Virus record (IMG/VR): IMGVR_UViG_3300033119_001367
Reading direction: 5' to 3' (one strand)
Length of the DNA: 64,000 nt
From: a virus
Lineage: Duplodnaviria > Heunggongvirae > Uroviricota > Caudoviricetes
The notes beneath the pieces were generated by a model. It had not been told where the DNA came from, did no database searches, and saw nothing but the letters and a program-made list of their open reading frames with translations. A program made the translations under genes and the position numbers. This document shows positions 26,041 to 36,203 of the stretch, in pieces; the first letter of the stretch is position 1; the number at the start of each line of letters is the position of its first letter.

Positions 26041-29000
26041 ATGCAAACAACTACAAATATCTGGTTTAAAGACCAGGTAGAACCTATACTAACTGATAAT
26101 CCAGCAGATAAGGAGACTTATATAGAATACTGGAAAAAAGAGAAAGACAGGTGTATGAATGGGTTTTACTTGGCTGATGGGGCAGTTCATGTTCCCGGCA
26201 GACTGTATTTTCATACGGTCTATTGGAAGATTGCAATGTATGTAGAATTACCTAATAAGAAAAAGGTAAGGAAAATTGAAACACCTTTATTAAGGGATAT
26301 AGATTGGGACATATTTAATGACCTGGAAAGATGTAATGAAGAAGGTAAATTCTATCCATTAGTAGGTAGCAGGGACTTTGGTAAAGCACTTATAAATACA
26401 GCCACTCTATATACAAATAATGGAGAAATATTAATTGGTAATGCTAAAATAGGTGATAAGATATTTGGGGATGATGGTAAATTAACAACTATTACTGGGG
26501 TTTACCCACAAGGATTAATAGACTTATATAAAATTACCCTAAGAGATGGAAGGGTTTTATATTCTTGTGATAATCATATATGGAGAGTTTGGAATAGTTC
26601 ATCCCGTAAATATGAGGATAAAAATCTTTCTTCTATAAAAACTGACTACCTGATAAATAGGAAAAAATCTTATAAAAATAGTAAAGGTTTGGCATATAGG
26701 TATTTTATACCAAATAATAAACCTGTTGAATATTCTGAGAATTATTTACCAATAAATCCTTATTTTTTAGGATTATGGTTAGGAGATGGTAATAAAAGAA
26801 CTTTAGGAATAACTACAATAGATAAAGAAATTTCAGATTTTGTATATACATATGCAGAAGAAAATAATTTACAAGTAAGGAAACATGGTATTTCTTATAA
26901 TATAAGTAATGGAATGAAAGGTGGACTAAGAAATTCTCTCTTATCTAAATTTCAAGAGCTAGATTTAATAAATAATAAACATATACCTAATTGTTATTTT
27001 TATTCCTCTGTAGAGCAAAGAATGGAATTATTAAGAGGAATAATGGATACAGATGGTTGTTGTGGGAAAAATGGAGTAATAGAATTTTGTACAACAGATG
27101 TAAATATTGCAAATGGTTTTTATAGATTAGTAAGAAGTTTAGGTATTCAGGTAACTATCAAAAAGACAAAAAATAGTTATAAAAATAAAGGTGTAGTAAC
27201 TTTAGCTAAAGATAAATATAGGTTTAATCTTATGACAGATAAGCCAATATTCAAACTGCCAAGAAAGTTAAATAATATAGGTAAGTATAGAGGGGATAAG
27301 ACATCTATAGTAAATATAGAGTATTTTGGTAAAGAACAGGCAACTTGTATTACAGTAGATAATAAGTCAAAATGTTTTTTAACTGATGGATATACAGTAA
27401 CACATAATTCAGTTATTGCAGGATCTTGTGCTGGACATCAATATACATTTTATAGTAATAGTGAGTGTGTAATATCTGGTGGAGCAGCTAATTATATCAA
27501 ACTAGCTACGGATAAGATAGAAGATGGGTTGCTTAATATTCACCCAATATTTAAAAAGCAAAGACTTGTATCGGACTGGAAGAAAGAGATTAAAGCTGGT
27601 TGGAAAGATAAATCATCTAACTTACCAAATCCAAAATCTTCCAATTCAAAAATACTTGTCAGGAACTATCAGGCTGGTACTGATACTATGGCTGCTAATG
27701 GTACTAGACCTTCTTTTCACCTTATTGATGAGATTGGTACTCTACCTAATCTTATTGGTTGTATAAAAGATAGTGATGGTTGCTGGTGGTCTGGTGGAGG
27801 TAATAAACCATCTTGTTTGGTTATGTTATGTGGAACTGGTGGTGATATGGAAGTTGGTGCTGAAGCAGCGGAAGTTTTCTACCATCCGTATTCCTATAAC
27901 ATGCTTGAGTTTGAGAATGAATGGGAAGGTGGTGGAAAGATAGGAAGATTTATAGCTGCTACCAGAGCTAAAATGGCTTATAAGGAACCAAAGACTCTGG
28001 CTGAATATCTTGGTATAGACCATCCAGATTTACAAAATATAACTATACTGGTTTCTAATGAAGAAAGAGCCTTAAGAGAGTGGTGGGAACCAGAGTATGA
28101 TAAAGCTGTTAAATCAGGTAACTCAAAAACAATTCTGAAGTTTAAAGCCTACTGGCCCCTGAAACCTTCAGATAGCTTCTTGGTTTTAACACATAATGAT
28201 TTTAATGTAGAGGCTGCTAAAGCTCAACAAACAAGGTTAAGAGATTTAGGTGTAACAGGGACACCTGTTAAGATATTCCATAACGGAGAAAAAATAGTAC
28301 ATGAATTCTCTGATAAACCATTTATAACTGAGTTTCCTGTTAAGACTCAAGATACTGATGCTCCTATTCAGATATGGGAGTTTCCCGTGGAACACCCTCC
28401 TTTTGGATTGTATGTAGCTGGGGTTGACCCTTACAGACAGGGTGAAGCAGAATACTCAGATTCACTTGGAGTAGTTTATATTTATAAAAGAATGCATGGT
28501 ATTTCTTCAGAGAAATATCAGAATATGTTTGTAGCTTGCTATGCTGCAAGACCACAGAGTAAAGAGAAATGGAATGAGAATGCCAGGAATCTGATTAAGT
28601 ATTATAATGCCAGAACCCTGTGTGAGAATGATGAGATGTCTTTTATTGACTTTATGATTGCCAGAAATGATGGGCATTATTTAGAAGACCAGCCAGAATG
28701 GTTAAAAGAATATGTACCAAATACTACTGTAAAGAGAAAGAAAGGAATACATAGGTCTGCTACCGCAATTAGAAATTTTCTGGATGGTACATTCAAATCC
28801 TACCTGGATGAAATAATAGATATAGAGAAAGATGAAAATGGAAGTATTATAAAAGAAACTACAGGTGTATCAAGAATACCTGACCCAATGCTTCTGGAAG
28901 AAATTACTAAATTCTCTAAAGACCCTAAGCATAAAGTAAATACAGATAGGGTAATTGCTGCTGAATTAGCAGTTGCTTTGGCTTATAAATTAGACCCTGT

Positions 29001-29139
29001 TATAGGTGCAGTAGGGAGTGACAAAACTGACCCAAGAATGCAATCTTATTATGCTAAAAACCCAATTAAAGGAAATTCAAAAATCTTTACTGGATCAACA
29101 AATTTTACAGGAAAGAAACAATTAAAAATATTCGGATGA
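26041..29139 (+). CDS. terL: terminase large subunit interrupted by an intein (1032 aa precursor; about 691 aa of exteins)
   Basis: Split Walker A GSRDFGK|...|SVIAG; Walker B SFHLIDE; nuclease-domain motif LYVAGVDPYRQG...SLGVVYIY. An intein-like insert lies between K115 and S457. Confidence 0.8.
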   Translation: MQTTTNIWFKDQVEPILTDNPADKETYIEYWKKEKDRCMNGFYLADGAVHVPGRLYFHTVYWKIAMYVELPNKKKVRKIETPLLRDIDWDIFNDLERCNEEGKFYPLVGSRDFGKALINTATLYTNNGEILIGNAKIGDKIFGDDGKLTTITGVYPQGLIDLYKITLRDGRVLYSCDNHIWRVWNSSSRKYEDKNLSSIKTDYLINRKKSYKNSKGLAYRYFIPNNKPVEYSENYLPINPYFLGLWLGDGNKRTLGITTIDKEISDFVYTYAEENNLQVRKHGISYNISNGMKGGLRNSLLSKFQELDLINNKHIPNCYFYSSVEQRMELLRGIMDTDGCCGKNGVIEFCTTDVNIANGFYRLVRSLGIQVTIKKTKNSYKNKGVVTLAKDKYRFNLMTDKPIFKLPRKLNNIGKYRGDKTSIVNIEYFGKEQATCITVDNKSKCFLTDGYTVTHNSVIAGSCAGHQYTFYSNSECVISGGAANYIKLATDKIEDGLLNIHPIFKKQRLVSDWKKEIKAGWKDKSSNLPNPKSSNSKILVRNYQAGTDTMAANGTRPSFHLIDEIGTLPNLIGCIKDSDGCWWSGGGNKPSCLVMLCGTGGDMEVGAEAAEVFYHPYSYNMLEFENEWEGGGKIGRFIAATRAKMAYKEPKTLAEYLGIDHPDLQNITILVSNEERALREWWEPEYDKAVKSGNSKTILKFKAYWPLKPSDSFLVLTHNDFNVEAAKAQQTRLRDLGVTGTPVKIFHNGEKIVHEFSDKPFITEFPVKTQDTDAPIQIWEFPVEHPPFGLYVAGVDPYRQGEAEYSDSLGVVYIYKRMHGISSEKYQNMFVACYAARPQSKEKWNENARNLIKYYNARTLCENDEMSFIDFMIARNDGHYLEDQPEWLKEYVPNTTVKRKKGIHRSATAIRNFLDGTFKSYLDEIIDIEKDENGSIIKETTGVSRIPDPMLLEEITKFSKDPKHKVNTDRVIAAELAVALAYKLDPVIGAVGSDKTDPRMQSYYAKNPIKGNSKIFTGSTNFTGKKQLKIFG
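26386..27408 (+). mobile_element. class 3 intein (341 aa) with LAGLIDADG homing-endonuclease domain, inserted in the terL P-loop
   Basis: Starts ALINTATLYT (Ala1). Block B GRVLYSCDNHIW places Trp at B:12. LAGLIDADG motifs LGLWLGDGN and LRGIMDTDGCC. Block F ATCITVD places Cys at F:4. Block G TVTHN|S places Thr at G:5 and ends in HN with +1 Ser. Splicing restores the Walker A GSRDFGKS. Confidence 0.7.
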
Positions 29140-31736
29140 TTATTACCCGTGTAACCAAAGAAGAAAATGTAAGGTTCGCCTATTTAAATATATTCCCTGA
29201 CCAGTTTAAAACTGATAAGGAGAAAGAAGATCCATCTTGGATAAAGAACACAATGGATTACTTTGCTAATGTAGCCTATGCCCAATATAAAAAGCATAGG
29301 AGGACATTTGTGAAGAACTATGACCTGATGAAAGGTATAATTGATTATACAGACTTTTATCAGCAACAGCCTGAAGTACAATCTTTTACAGAAGTACTAA
29401 TGGCTAATACAGAGCTTCCACAATATGTAAAGCATTATCCAATACTGAATCCTCCTGTTAATACAATGATAGGGGAATTATCTAAAAGACCTGACTTGCA
29501 TAAAGTAAGAGCTTTTGATGATGATTCTAAGGATGAAGAGCTACAATTCAAGACTGGTATTATGCAACAGCTTATTATCCAGGAGGGTAAGAAACTGTTA
29601 ATGAATGAGTTAGCGATGAGAGGGGAAGATGTTAGTAGTATTCCCCAAGAAGAGTTTGTACAGCTTTCTATTGAGAAGGTACAGGAATATATGAATACCT
29701 TTACTACTGAAGGGGAGAAATGGGGTAACCATGTCTTAACTGCTTTAAAGGTACAGTTTAATTGTAAAGAAAAATCAGAAGATGCTTTCAGGGATTTACT
29801 CATATCTTCCAGAGAGTACTTTCATATATTTGAGGATAACTCAAAAACTGGATTTAATATAGAGGTAGTTAATCCTAAGAATTATTGGCAATTAGGAACA
29901 CCTGATGCTAAATATACTTCAGGAGTATCTGGTGAGCAGAATGTTCCATATGCTAATGGAACTGTTCAGGTAATGGAAATTTCTGAGATTATAGAAAAAT
30001 TCCCTGAATTATCCTTAGAAGAAATAGAGCATCTTAGAAAAGCCCATCAGGATTATGGTCTTATAAATGTTAGGGAATCAAATCTTTACTCTGGTAAAGT
30101 TGGTCCAGATAGTATCATATATGATACATATAACAGACTTGTTCTTCAGGAAAGAATGATGATTGAGTCTGAGATGAAAGAGAATAATGATGAATTAAGG
30201 GACTGGTTAGGTTTAACAAATACTACCGCTTCCTTTGGTTATAAATATACTGTAGTACAGTCTTATCATTTATCTAAAAAGAAAACAGGTTTACTTACCT
30301 ATATTGATGAAGAAGGAGAACCTCAACAAATGCTTGTTGATGAGAACTATAAAGAGGGTAGCCCTAATGAAATAGATATTCAATGGGGATGGATAAATCA
30401 ATGGTATAAGGGTACAAAGATTGGTCCAGATATATTCTTTATGAAACCTTTTAAACTGTTGGATTACTCCCCAATTATAGGGGTAACTCATGAACTAAAG
30501 AATACAACTGCTAAATCCCTGGTTGACTTAATGAAACCATTCCAGGTATTGTACAATGTTTGTATGAACCAACTCTATGAATTACTAGAGAAAGAAAAAG
30601 GTGTTGTACAAGCTATGTCTATCAGACATATTCCAACTCCTAAAGATGGGGATGGTCAAGATGCCTTGGAAATATGGGAAGAAGCTGCGAGAAAAAGAGG
30701 GGTTATCTTTGTAGATGATTCTCCTGAGAATACTAAAGGTGGAACATCTTTTGGTAGTCAATATGGTAGACTGGATTTAACAAGGACTTCAGAGATAGAA
30801 TCAAGATATAGATTGGCTGCTCAACTAAAAAGTGAGTGCTGGGAACTTATTGGTATGAACAGACAAAGACTTGGTGGAGCTTTAGCTACAGAAACAGCTA
30901 CAGCTAACCAGAATGCTCTTGTTCAATCCTTTGCCCAAACAGAACCATATTTTGCAGCACATAATTATGTAGTAGACCAGTTATATCAGGCTGTACTTGA
31001 TGCTGCTCAATATATAGAAAGTAATAAAGAAGAAAGTACTATATCTTACATCACCAATCTTGGTGAGCAAGCCTTTATTAAAGTTTTAGGTAAAGACTTG
31101 AAACTCAAGGACTTAAAGATATTTGCTACTTCCAGATCTGAAGACCAACAATTACTGAATGAGTTCAGGCAGTTATCTCAGGCTATGATGCAGAATGGTG
31201 CTTCTATCTATGATGTAAGTGTACTATACAGTACTAACTCACTTAGGCAGATGCAGAAGATATTCAAAGACCTCAGAGATAAGCAAGAGGAAATGAAGAA
31301 GCAGGAAATGCAGCTTGAACAATCTAAGATAGAGTCTGAGAATAATAGAGTTGCAGTTACTCTGGAGCAAGAAGAAGCCCATTTCCAACAAGATATGGAA
31401 ATGAAGAAATATGTAGCAGACCTTAATGCTAATACGAAGATAACAGAGGCACAGATAAAAACTTATTTCCAAGCTCCTTCTACTGATACAGATGGTGATG
31501 GTTCTCCAGATATTATGGAGATTGCTAATTTAGCTGCAAAGAATCAGGAGATACTTACAAAGAGGGATATTGAAAATAAGAAGGTTTCTCTGGAGATGCA
31601 GAAGATGATGAATGACAATAAGCAAAAAGCTGAAGATAGAAAAGTGGAGAGGGAGAATATGAAAAATGACCTTGCTATTTCAAACAATCAACTAAAAGCT
31701 GCTAAAGCCAAGAAACCTGCTGCTAAAAAGAAATAA
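29136..31736 (+). CDS. putative portal protein (866 aa; K/E-rich coiled-coil C-terminal tail)
   Basis: Positional (directly after terL, overlapping ATGA) and by size; no motif confirmation. Confidence 0.45.
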   Translation: MIITRVTKEENVRFAYLNIFPDQFKTDKEKEDPSWIKNTMDYFANVAYAQYKKHRRTFVKNYDLMKGIIDYTDFYQQQPEVQSFTEVLMANTELPQYVKHYPILNPPVNTMIGELSKRPDLHKVRAFDDDSKDEELQFKTGIMQQLIIQEGKKLLMNELAMRGEDVSSIPQEEFVQLSIEKVQEYMNTFTTEGEKWGNHVLTALKVQFNCKEKSEDAFRDLLISSREYFHIFEDNSKTGFNIEVVNPKNYWQLGTPDAKYTSGVSGEQNVPYANGTVQVMEISEIIEKFPELSLEEIEHLRKAHQDYGLINVRESNLYSGKVGPDSIIYDTYNRLVLQERMMIESEMKENNDELRDWLGLTNTTASFGYKYTVVQSYHLSKKKTGLLTYIDEEGEPQQMLVDENYKEGSPNEIDIQWGWINQWYKGTKIGPDIFFMKPFKLLDYSPIIGVTHELKNTTAKSLVDLMKPFQVLYNVCMNQLYELLEKEKGVVQAMSIRHIPTPKDGDGQDALEIWEEAARKRGVIFVDDSPENTKGGTSFGSQYGRLDLTRTSEIESRYRLAAQLKSECWELIGMNRQRLGGALATETATANQNALVQSFAQTEPYFAAHNYVVDQLYQAVLDAAQYIESNKEESTISYITNLGEQAFIKVLGKDLKLKDLKIFATSRSEDQQLLNEFRQLSQAMMQNGASIYDVSVLYSTNSLRQMQKIFKDLRDKQEEMKKQEMQLEQSKIESENNRVAVTLEQEEAHFQQDMEMKKYVADLNANTKITEAQIKTYFQAPSTDTDGDGSPDIMEIANLAAKNQEILTKRDIENKKVSLEMQKMMNDNKQKAEDRKVERENMKNDLAISNNQLKAAKAKKPAAKKK

Positions 31737-31738
31737 TT

Positions 31739-32278
31739 ATGGGAATCTCTGAATTTGGACAATGGCTTGCCAGTACAATAGATAGATTTGCAGACTACAT
31801 AAAACCTTGGGTTGTAGTTAATGGTTATGAGGAAGCTATAATACTAAGATGGGGAAAATACCATAGAACATTGAAACCTGGTACATATTGGAAATGGATG
31901 GTAGCAGATTATGCCATGACAGACCATGTTAAACCAGATACTATGGAAATACCACCTATTACAATTACTACAGCAGATGGTAAACCAGTATCAATAGGAA
32001 TGATAATCCATTATGAGATTGAGGATATTAGAAAATTCCTTGTGGAAAATAATGATAGCAGGTCTAATATGTTACAACTCGGTGCAGCAGAATTATCAGA
32101 CCATCTTGAAGATATTATATGGACAGATATAAAAAAGAAGACTACTAAGAATGCTGTACAGAGAAAAATAGCCCCTTACTTTGAAGATATGGGTGTCAGG
32201 ATTTTAGACCTTAAATTTAAAGATAAAGTAGAGGTTAGACCTTATAAATTGTTCACAGAGAGGGAGAAAATATTTTAA
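31739..32278 (+). CDS. hypothetical head-module protein (179 aa)
   Basis: ORF track. Confidence 0.5.
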   Translation: MGISEFGQWLASTIDRFADYIKPWVVVNGYEEAIILRWGKYHRTLKPGTYWKWMVADYAMTDHVKPDTMEIPPITITTADGKPVSIGMIIHYEIEDIRKFLVENNDSRSNMLQLGAAELSDHLEDIIWTDIKKKTTKNAVQRKIAPYFEDMGVRILDLKFKDKVEVRPYKLFTEREKIF

Positions 32279-32376
32279 TGCTATATAAGTCGAAAAACTT
32301 TTGAAATATATAAAAGTCTCTTGGTTTTTCCAAATATACGTTTTACTTTTACATCAGATTTAACAAAAAACTACAT

Positions 32377-33564
32377 ATGGCTGACGAAACTATACCAGTT
32401 CCATCCTTTGATTTAGGGATTGAATCTTCAGGTAACTATGGTAATCTGGATGCTGCTGAAGCATTTTTATCAGGTGACCCTAAAGAAATAGAAAAAATTG
32501 AAGAAGAAGAGGAAGGGGTAATTACAGCTCCTAAAAAAGAAGTAAAGAAGGAAGTTCCTAAAAAGAAGGAAGAAGAGAAAGAAGTTGATAAGGAAGAACT
32601 TATTAATACTTTACTATCTGAAGAAAAAGAAGAAGAAGAGGAAGAAGAAAAGATAATTAAAGAAGACGGGGAAGAACCAAAAGGAGAATTAAATCACTTT
32701 GAGGTATTCTCTGAAGAACTTTACAAACTTGGTTCATTCACTACTGATGATGGAGAAGAACCTGTTATAGCAAAAACACCTGAAGAGTTTCTTGAGTTAT
32801 TCAATGCTCAGAAACAAAAGGGAGCAACAGAGTGGTTAGAGAATTTCTTATCTAAACATGGCGATGATAGGAGAGAATTATTTGATGCTATCTTTATCAA
32901 TGGTGCAAACCCACAAGAATATCTACCTGTATATAATGAGGTAGAGAATTTTCAAAATCTTGATTTAGATACAGAAGACAATCAGGAGTCAGTCGTAAGA
33001 TCCTATTATACAAAAATGGGATGGGAGAAAGATGAAGTAGATTCTAAAGTTGAAAAACTAAAACAATATGCTGATTTAGAAGATGAAGCAAAAAGAGTTC
33101 ATCCTAAATTAGTTTTACAAGAGCAGAAAAAGCTTGAGGAACTTAATGAAACTGCTAAGAACAAGCAGCTTGCTGTAGCTCAAGCTGATCAGGAATACAA
33201 ACAGCATCTAACAACTCTTTTACAAGATAAGTTAAAAACTAAAGATTTTGATGGTATTCCATTAGATAATAAAAAAGCCACTCAAGCTTTTGATTATCTT
33301 TATACTAAAAAATGGAAATTACCTTCTGGTGAGCTTTTAACAGATTGGGATAAATTTGTTCTGGAAACTAAGAATCCTGAGAATCTTTCCAAAAGAGTTA
33401 AAATGGCACTACTTGCCTTAAATGATTTTGATTTTAGTTCTATAAAGAAAACAGCCATAACAGGAAAATCTTCAGAGTTATTTTCAAAGCTGGCAATTAA
33501 AGACGCAAAACAATCCAATACTAAAAAACAAGTAGATAATTCTGCTTGGGCTAATATAAAATAA
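32377..33564 (+). CDS. putative scaffolding protein (395 aa, very acidic E/K-rich, coiled-coil)
   Basis: Composition (EEEEEEK runs) and its position between the portal and capsid candidates. Confidence 0.45.
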   Translation: MADETIPVPSFDLGIESSGNYGNLDAAEAFLSGDPKEIEKIEEEEEGVITAPKKEVKKEVPKKKEEEKEVDKEELINTLLSEEKEEEEEEEKIIKEDGEEPKGELNHFEVFSEELYKLGSFTTDDGEEPVIAKTPEEFLELFNAQKQKGATEWLENFLSKHGDDRRELFDAIFINGANPQEYLPVYNEVENFQNLDLDTEDNQESVVRSYYTKMGWEKDEVDSKVEKLKQYADLEDEAKRVHPKLVLQEQKKLEELNETAKNKQLAVAQADQEYKQHLTTLLQDKLKTKDFDGIPLDNKKATQAFDYLYTKKWKLPSGELLTDWDKFVLETKNPENLSKRVKMALLALNDFDFSSIKKTAITGKSSELFSKLAIKDAKQSNTKKQVDNSAWANIK

Positions 33565-33577
33565 AAAATAAAATAAA

Positions 33578-35128
33578 ATGGGATTACAAACAATACCTGG
33601 ATTTACCGGACTTAACTATGCAAGGGTATCATCTATGGATGGTAGGGCTATTGGTAAATTAACTGATTCAAACCACTTAGAATCTTTCCATGATTTGGCT
33701 CCGTCAGATTATGATAAGAAAATTATATCTATCTATACACAGTCTACTTTGTATAGTAATGATTTTCTGGATATGATTAACAAGAGTACCCCTTACTACC
33801 TTGATGGTTTAAGTGATACCTGGAAGTGGAATGTGGAAATGCCTTTCCGATTCCCTAAAATCATTGATGTACCACAAAGTACCTTGGATCAAGCTACTAT
33901 TGGTATTGATGGTAAAACCTTTGAAATAGTTCTTGATACTATTGTATCCAAGAATATGATTATATCAGTAGGTCATAAGATGTATGGTCAAAACTTTTAC
34001 ATCACTTCTGACCCTACTCAGTATGGAAGGGGCTGGTTACATCAATGTACTCTGGTAACTGGTAATCCACAAGTAGATTACGTTAATCGTACCTTGTTAC
34101 AACCTGGTATTGATGTAGATCCAATTGACGTATCTATTGGTGAATTTGACCAAGACTTAGGTGGTCTTCAAAAATTGGCTGATAAAATCACCATGTTTGA
34201 GACACTGGGTGCTGGTTATGGTTTTGAGCACAAAATCACTGCTTGGGCAGATGATAAAATGTTAAAAGACGAAAATGGTAAACCAAAAGATATTATGGTT
34301 TACATGCAAAATAGAAGGGGAGAAAATGCTGTTACTCGTAATGACATTAAATGGGAACCATTTATTGAGTTCATGATGAGGAAGCAAATGCTGGAAACTA
34401 AAGTTAAGCGTATGATCTGGTCTAAACCAGGTATTGTTAGGACCAATGGTGCTAAACAAGAGCTTAAGAAAGTATCTGCTGGCGTTTACTACAGGATGCG
34501 TAACTCTGGTAACTATGTTCCTTACAACAGGGGTGAGTTCTCAGCTAATTTGATTCGTAATGTATTTGGTGACTTATTTTACCGTAGGGTGGATGTTAAA
34601 GACCGTAGGGTTAAAATGTACACCAATGAAGCAGGTTTTGACGTATTCCAGCAAGCAATTAAAGAAGATGCATTCAATAGTGGATTGACCTTTAATGTTG
34701 GTGATAACGATAAGTTTGTTAATGGTAATGGTCAGCACTTACAGCTTAACTTCGCATTTGATTCTTTTGTAACAAGGGAAACTGGTAAAGTAGAACTTGT
34801 TCACCTTAAAGAATTGGATTTACCACAAACAAATCTGGAATTTGGTCAGAACAAAAAATCAACTCCTATCTTTATGGTGTTTGATGTTTCTCCAACTTCA
34901 GATGGTTCACTGGTAAACAATATCAGGGAAGTTCGTAGAGCTGGTACTCCTAACATGCAATGGGGTTACATTGATGGTCGTAGGAGTCACTTAGGAGCTT
35001 TTAAATCACAAGGTTTTAATGCCGCTAATAAATTCCCTGGATATGAGATTTGGATGGAAGACCGTTCAGATGTATTCATTGAAGATCTTAGTCGCTGCGT
35101 ACTTATAGAGGAGATTCCACAATTCTAG
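33578..35128 (+). CDS. putative major capsid protein (516 aa)
   Basis: Position after the scaffold candidate, its size, and a strong hairpin immediately downstream; not motif-confirmed. Confidence 0.45.
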   Translation: MGLQTIPGFTGLNYARVSSMDGRAIGKLTDSNHLESFHDLAPSDYDKKIISIYTQSTLYSNDFLDMINKSTPYYLDGLSDTWKWNVEMPFRFPKIIDVPQSTLDQATIGIDGKTFEIVLDTIVSKNMIISVGHKMYGQNFYITSDPTQYGRGWLHQCTLVTGNPQVDYVNRTLLQPGIDVDPIDVSIGEFDQDLGGLQKLADKITMFETLGAGYGFEHKITAWADDKMLKDENGKPKDIMVYMQNRRGENAVTRNDIKWEPFIEFMMRKQMLETKVKRMIWSKPGIVRTNGAKQELKKVSAGVYYRMRNSGNYVPYNRGEFSANLIRNVFGDLFYRRVDVKDRRVKMYTNEAGFDVFQQAIKEDAFNSGLTFNVGDNDKFVNGNGQHLQLNFAFDSFVTRETGKVELVHLKELDLPQTNLEFGQNKKSTPIFMVFDVSPTSDGSLVNNIREVRRAGTPNMQWGYIDGRRSHLGAFKSQGFNAANKFPGYEIWMEDRSDVFIEDLSRCVLIEEIPQF

Positions 35129-35146
35129 TGGTTAAATAACCAACCG

Positions 35147-35207
35147 AAGAGAGTTTGCTTTATATCCTTCCTTTGCAAACTCTCTTCAAATTCTTTAAGG
35201 AAGGATA
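35147..35207 (+). terminator. nested inverted repeats after the capsid candidate (13-bp stem GAAGAGAGTTTGC/GCAAACTCTCTTC overlapping a 9-bp stem TATCCTTCC/GGAAGGATA)
   Basis: Both stems are perfect; the two hairpins are mutually exclusive. Confidence 0.5.
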
Positions 35208-35222
35208 AAAAATAACTACATC

Positions 35223-36203
35223 ATGGGCAGAGCAGGTAAAATAGCACCTATTAAAAAGTCATATAGTGGAACATTAAACACTATAGATCAACAATTGGAC
35301 AAACACGGATTTACAAGGTTTCCTGGAACAAGTGAAATGTTTTTACCATTTAAAGAAATATCTGGTAAATACAGAACAGGACTTGATATTAAAGCTCCTT
35401 ATCTAGATAGGCTATCAGCCGAAGATAAGAAAGCAGAGATAGAAAGGATTAAAGAAACTAAGGACAGATTAGAAAATGCACTTGGAGTTCCTGGTATCTT
35501 AGAACCTACTTCATTGTTTTGGAATTTTGCTGCTGCTAAAGAGCAGCTTGTTGCAAAGTTTGGAGCAGAATTAAGAGTTTCTCCAGTTAAAATAGGTAAT
35601 GACGAAGAGTATTTTGATACTACAGATCCAATGAAAGAAATTGCATGGAACTGGATTAAAGTACATCCTAGGATTGCTCCTTCATTAGATTCTTGGAGGA
35701 GAGGCGAAGTACCTGCTGAGGTTAAGTATTATATAGTAGATGATGAAGCAGAGCAACGTGATACTTATAGTAGAAAGAAAGAGATTAACAAAGCTATTGT
35801 AGCTTTTGAATCTTTATCTCCTACAAAAAAGAAACAAATAGCTCGTTTAATGGGATTACCTGTTACAGAAAGTACTAAAGAAGAAATGGTGTACAATTTA
35901 ATTGATACACAACTTAAAGAAACAGAATTCCGTGAAGGTAAGAATAAAGGTTTAGCACCTGTAAAACTATTCAATGAGTTGATAAACACAACTGATGATA
36001 GGATTAAAGTGAAAGATCTTGTAGAACAAGCCTTTACACACTCTATATACAGACCTGGACAAGGTGGTAAAGTACTGGAAGGTGGTATAACTATAGCTAC
36101 TTCAAAAGAAGAACTAGTAGAAATATTACTGGATGAGAAAAACCAAGTTGATCTGATTGCCCTTGAGAAAAAATTAACAAGTAAGAAACTAGAGAAACAG
36201 TGA
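35223..36203 (+). CDS. hypothetical structural protein (326 aa)
   Basis: ORF track. Confidence 0.55.
   Translation: MGRAGKIAPIKKSYSGTLNTIDQQLDKHGFTRFPGTSEMFLPFKEISGKYRTGLDIKAPYLDRLSAEDKKAEIERIKETKDRLENALGVPGILEPTSLFWNFAAAKEQLVAKFGAELRVSPVKIGNDEEYFDTTDPMKEIAWNWIKVHPRIAPSLDSWRRGEVPAEVKYYIVDDEAEQRDTYSRKKEINKAIVAFESLSPTKKKQIARLMGLPVTESTKEEMVYNLIDTQLKETEFREGKNKGLAPVKLFNELINTTDDRIKVKDLVEQAFTHSIYRPGQGGKVLEGGITIATSKEELVEILLDEKNQVDLIALEKKLTSKKLEKQ

Noticed and set aside
27524-27766. 80-aa plus-strand ORF in an alternative frame within terL
   Set aside because: Out-of-frame overlap with the terminase extein; no independent signal.
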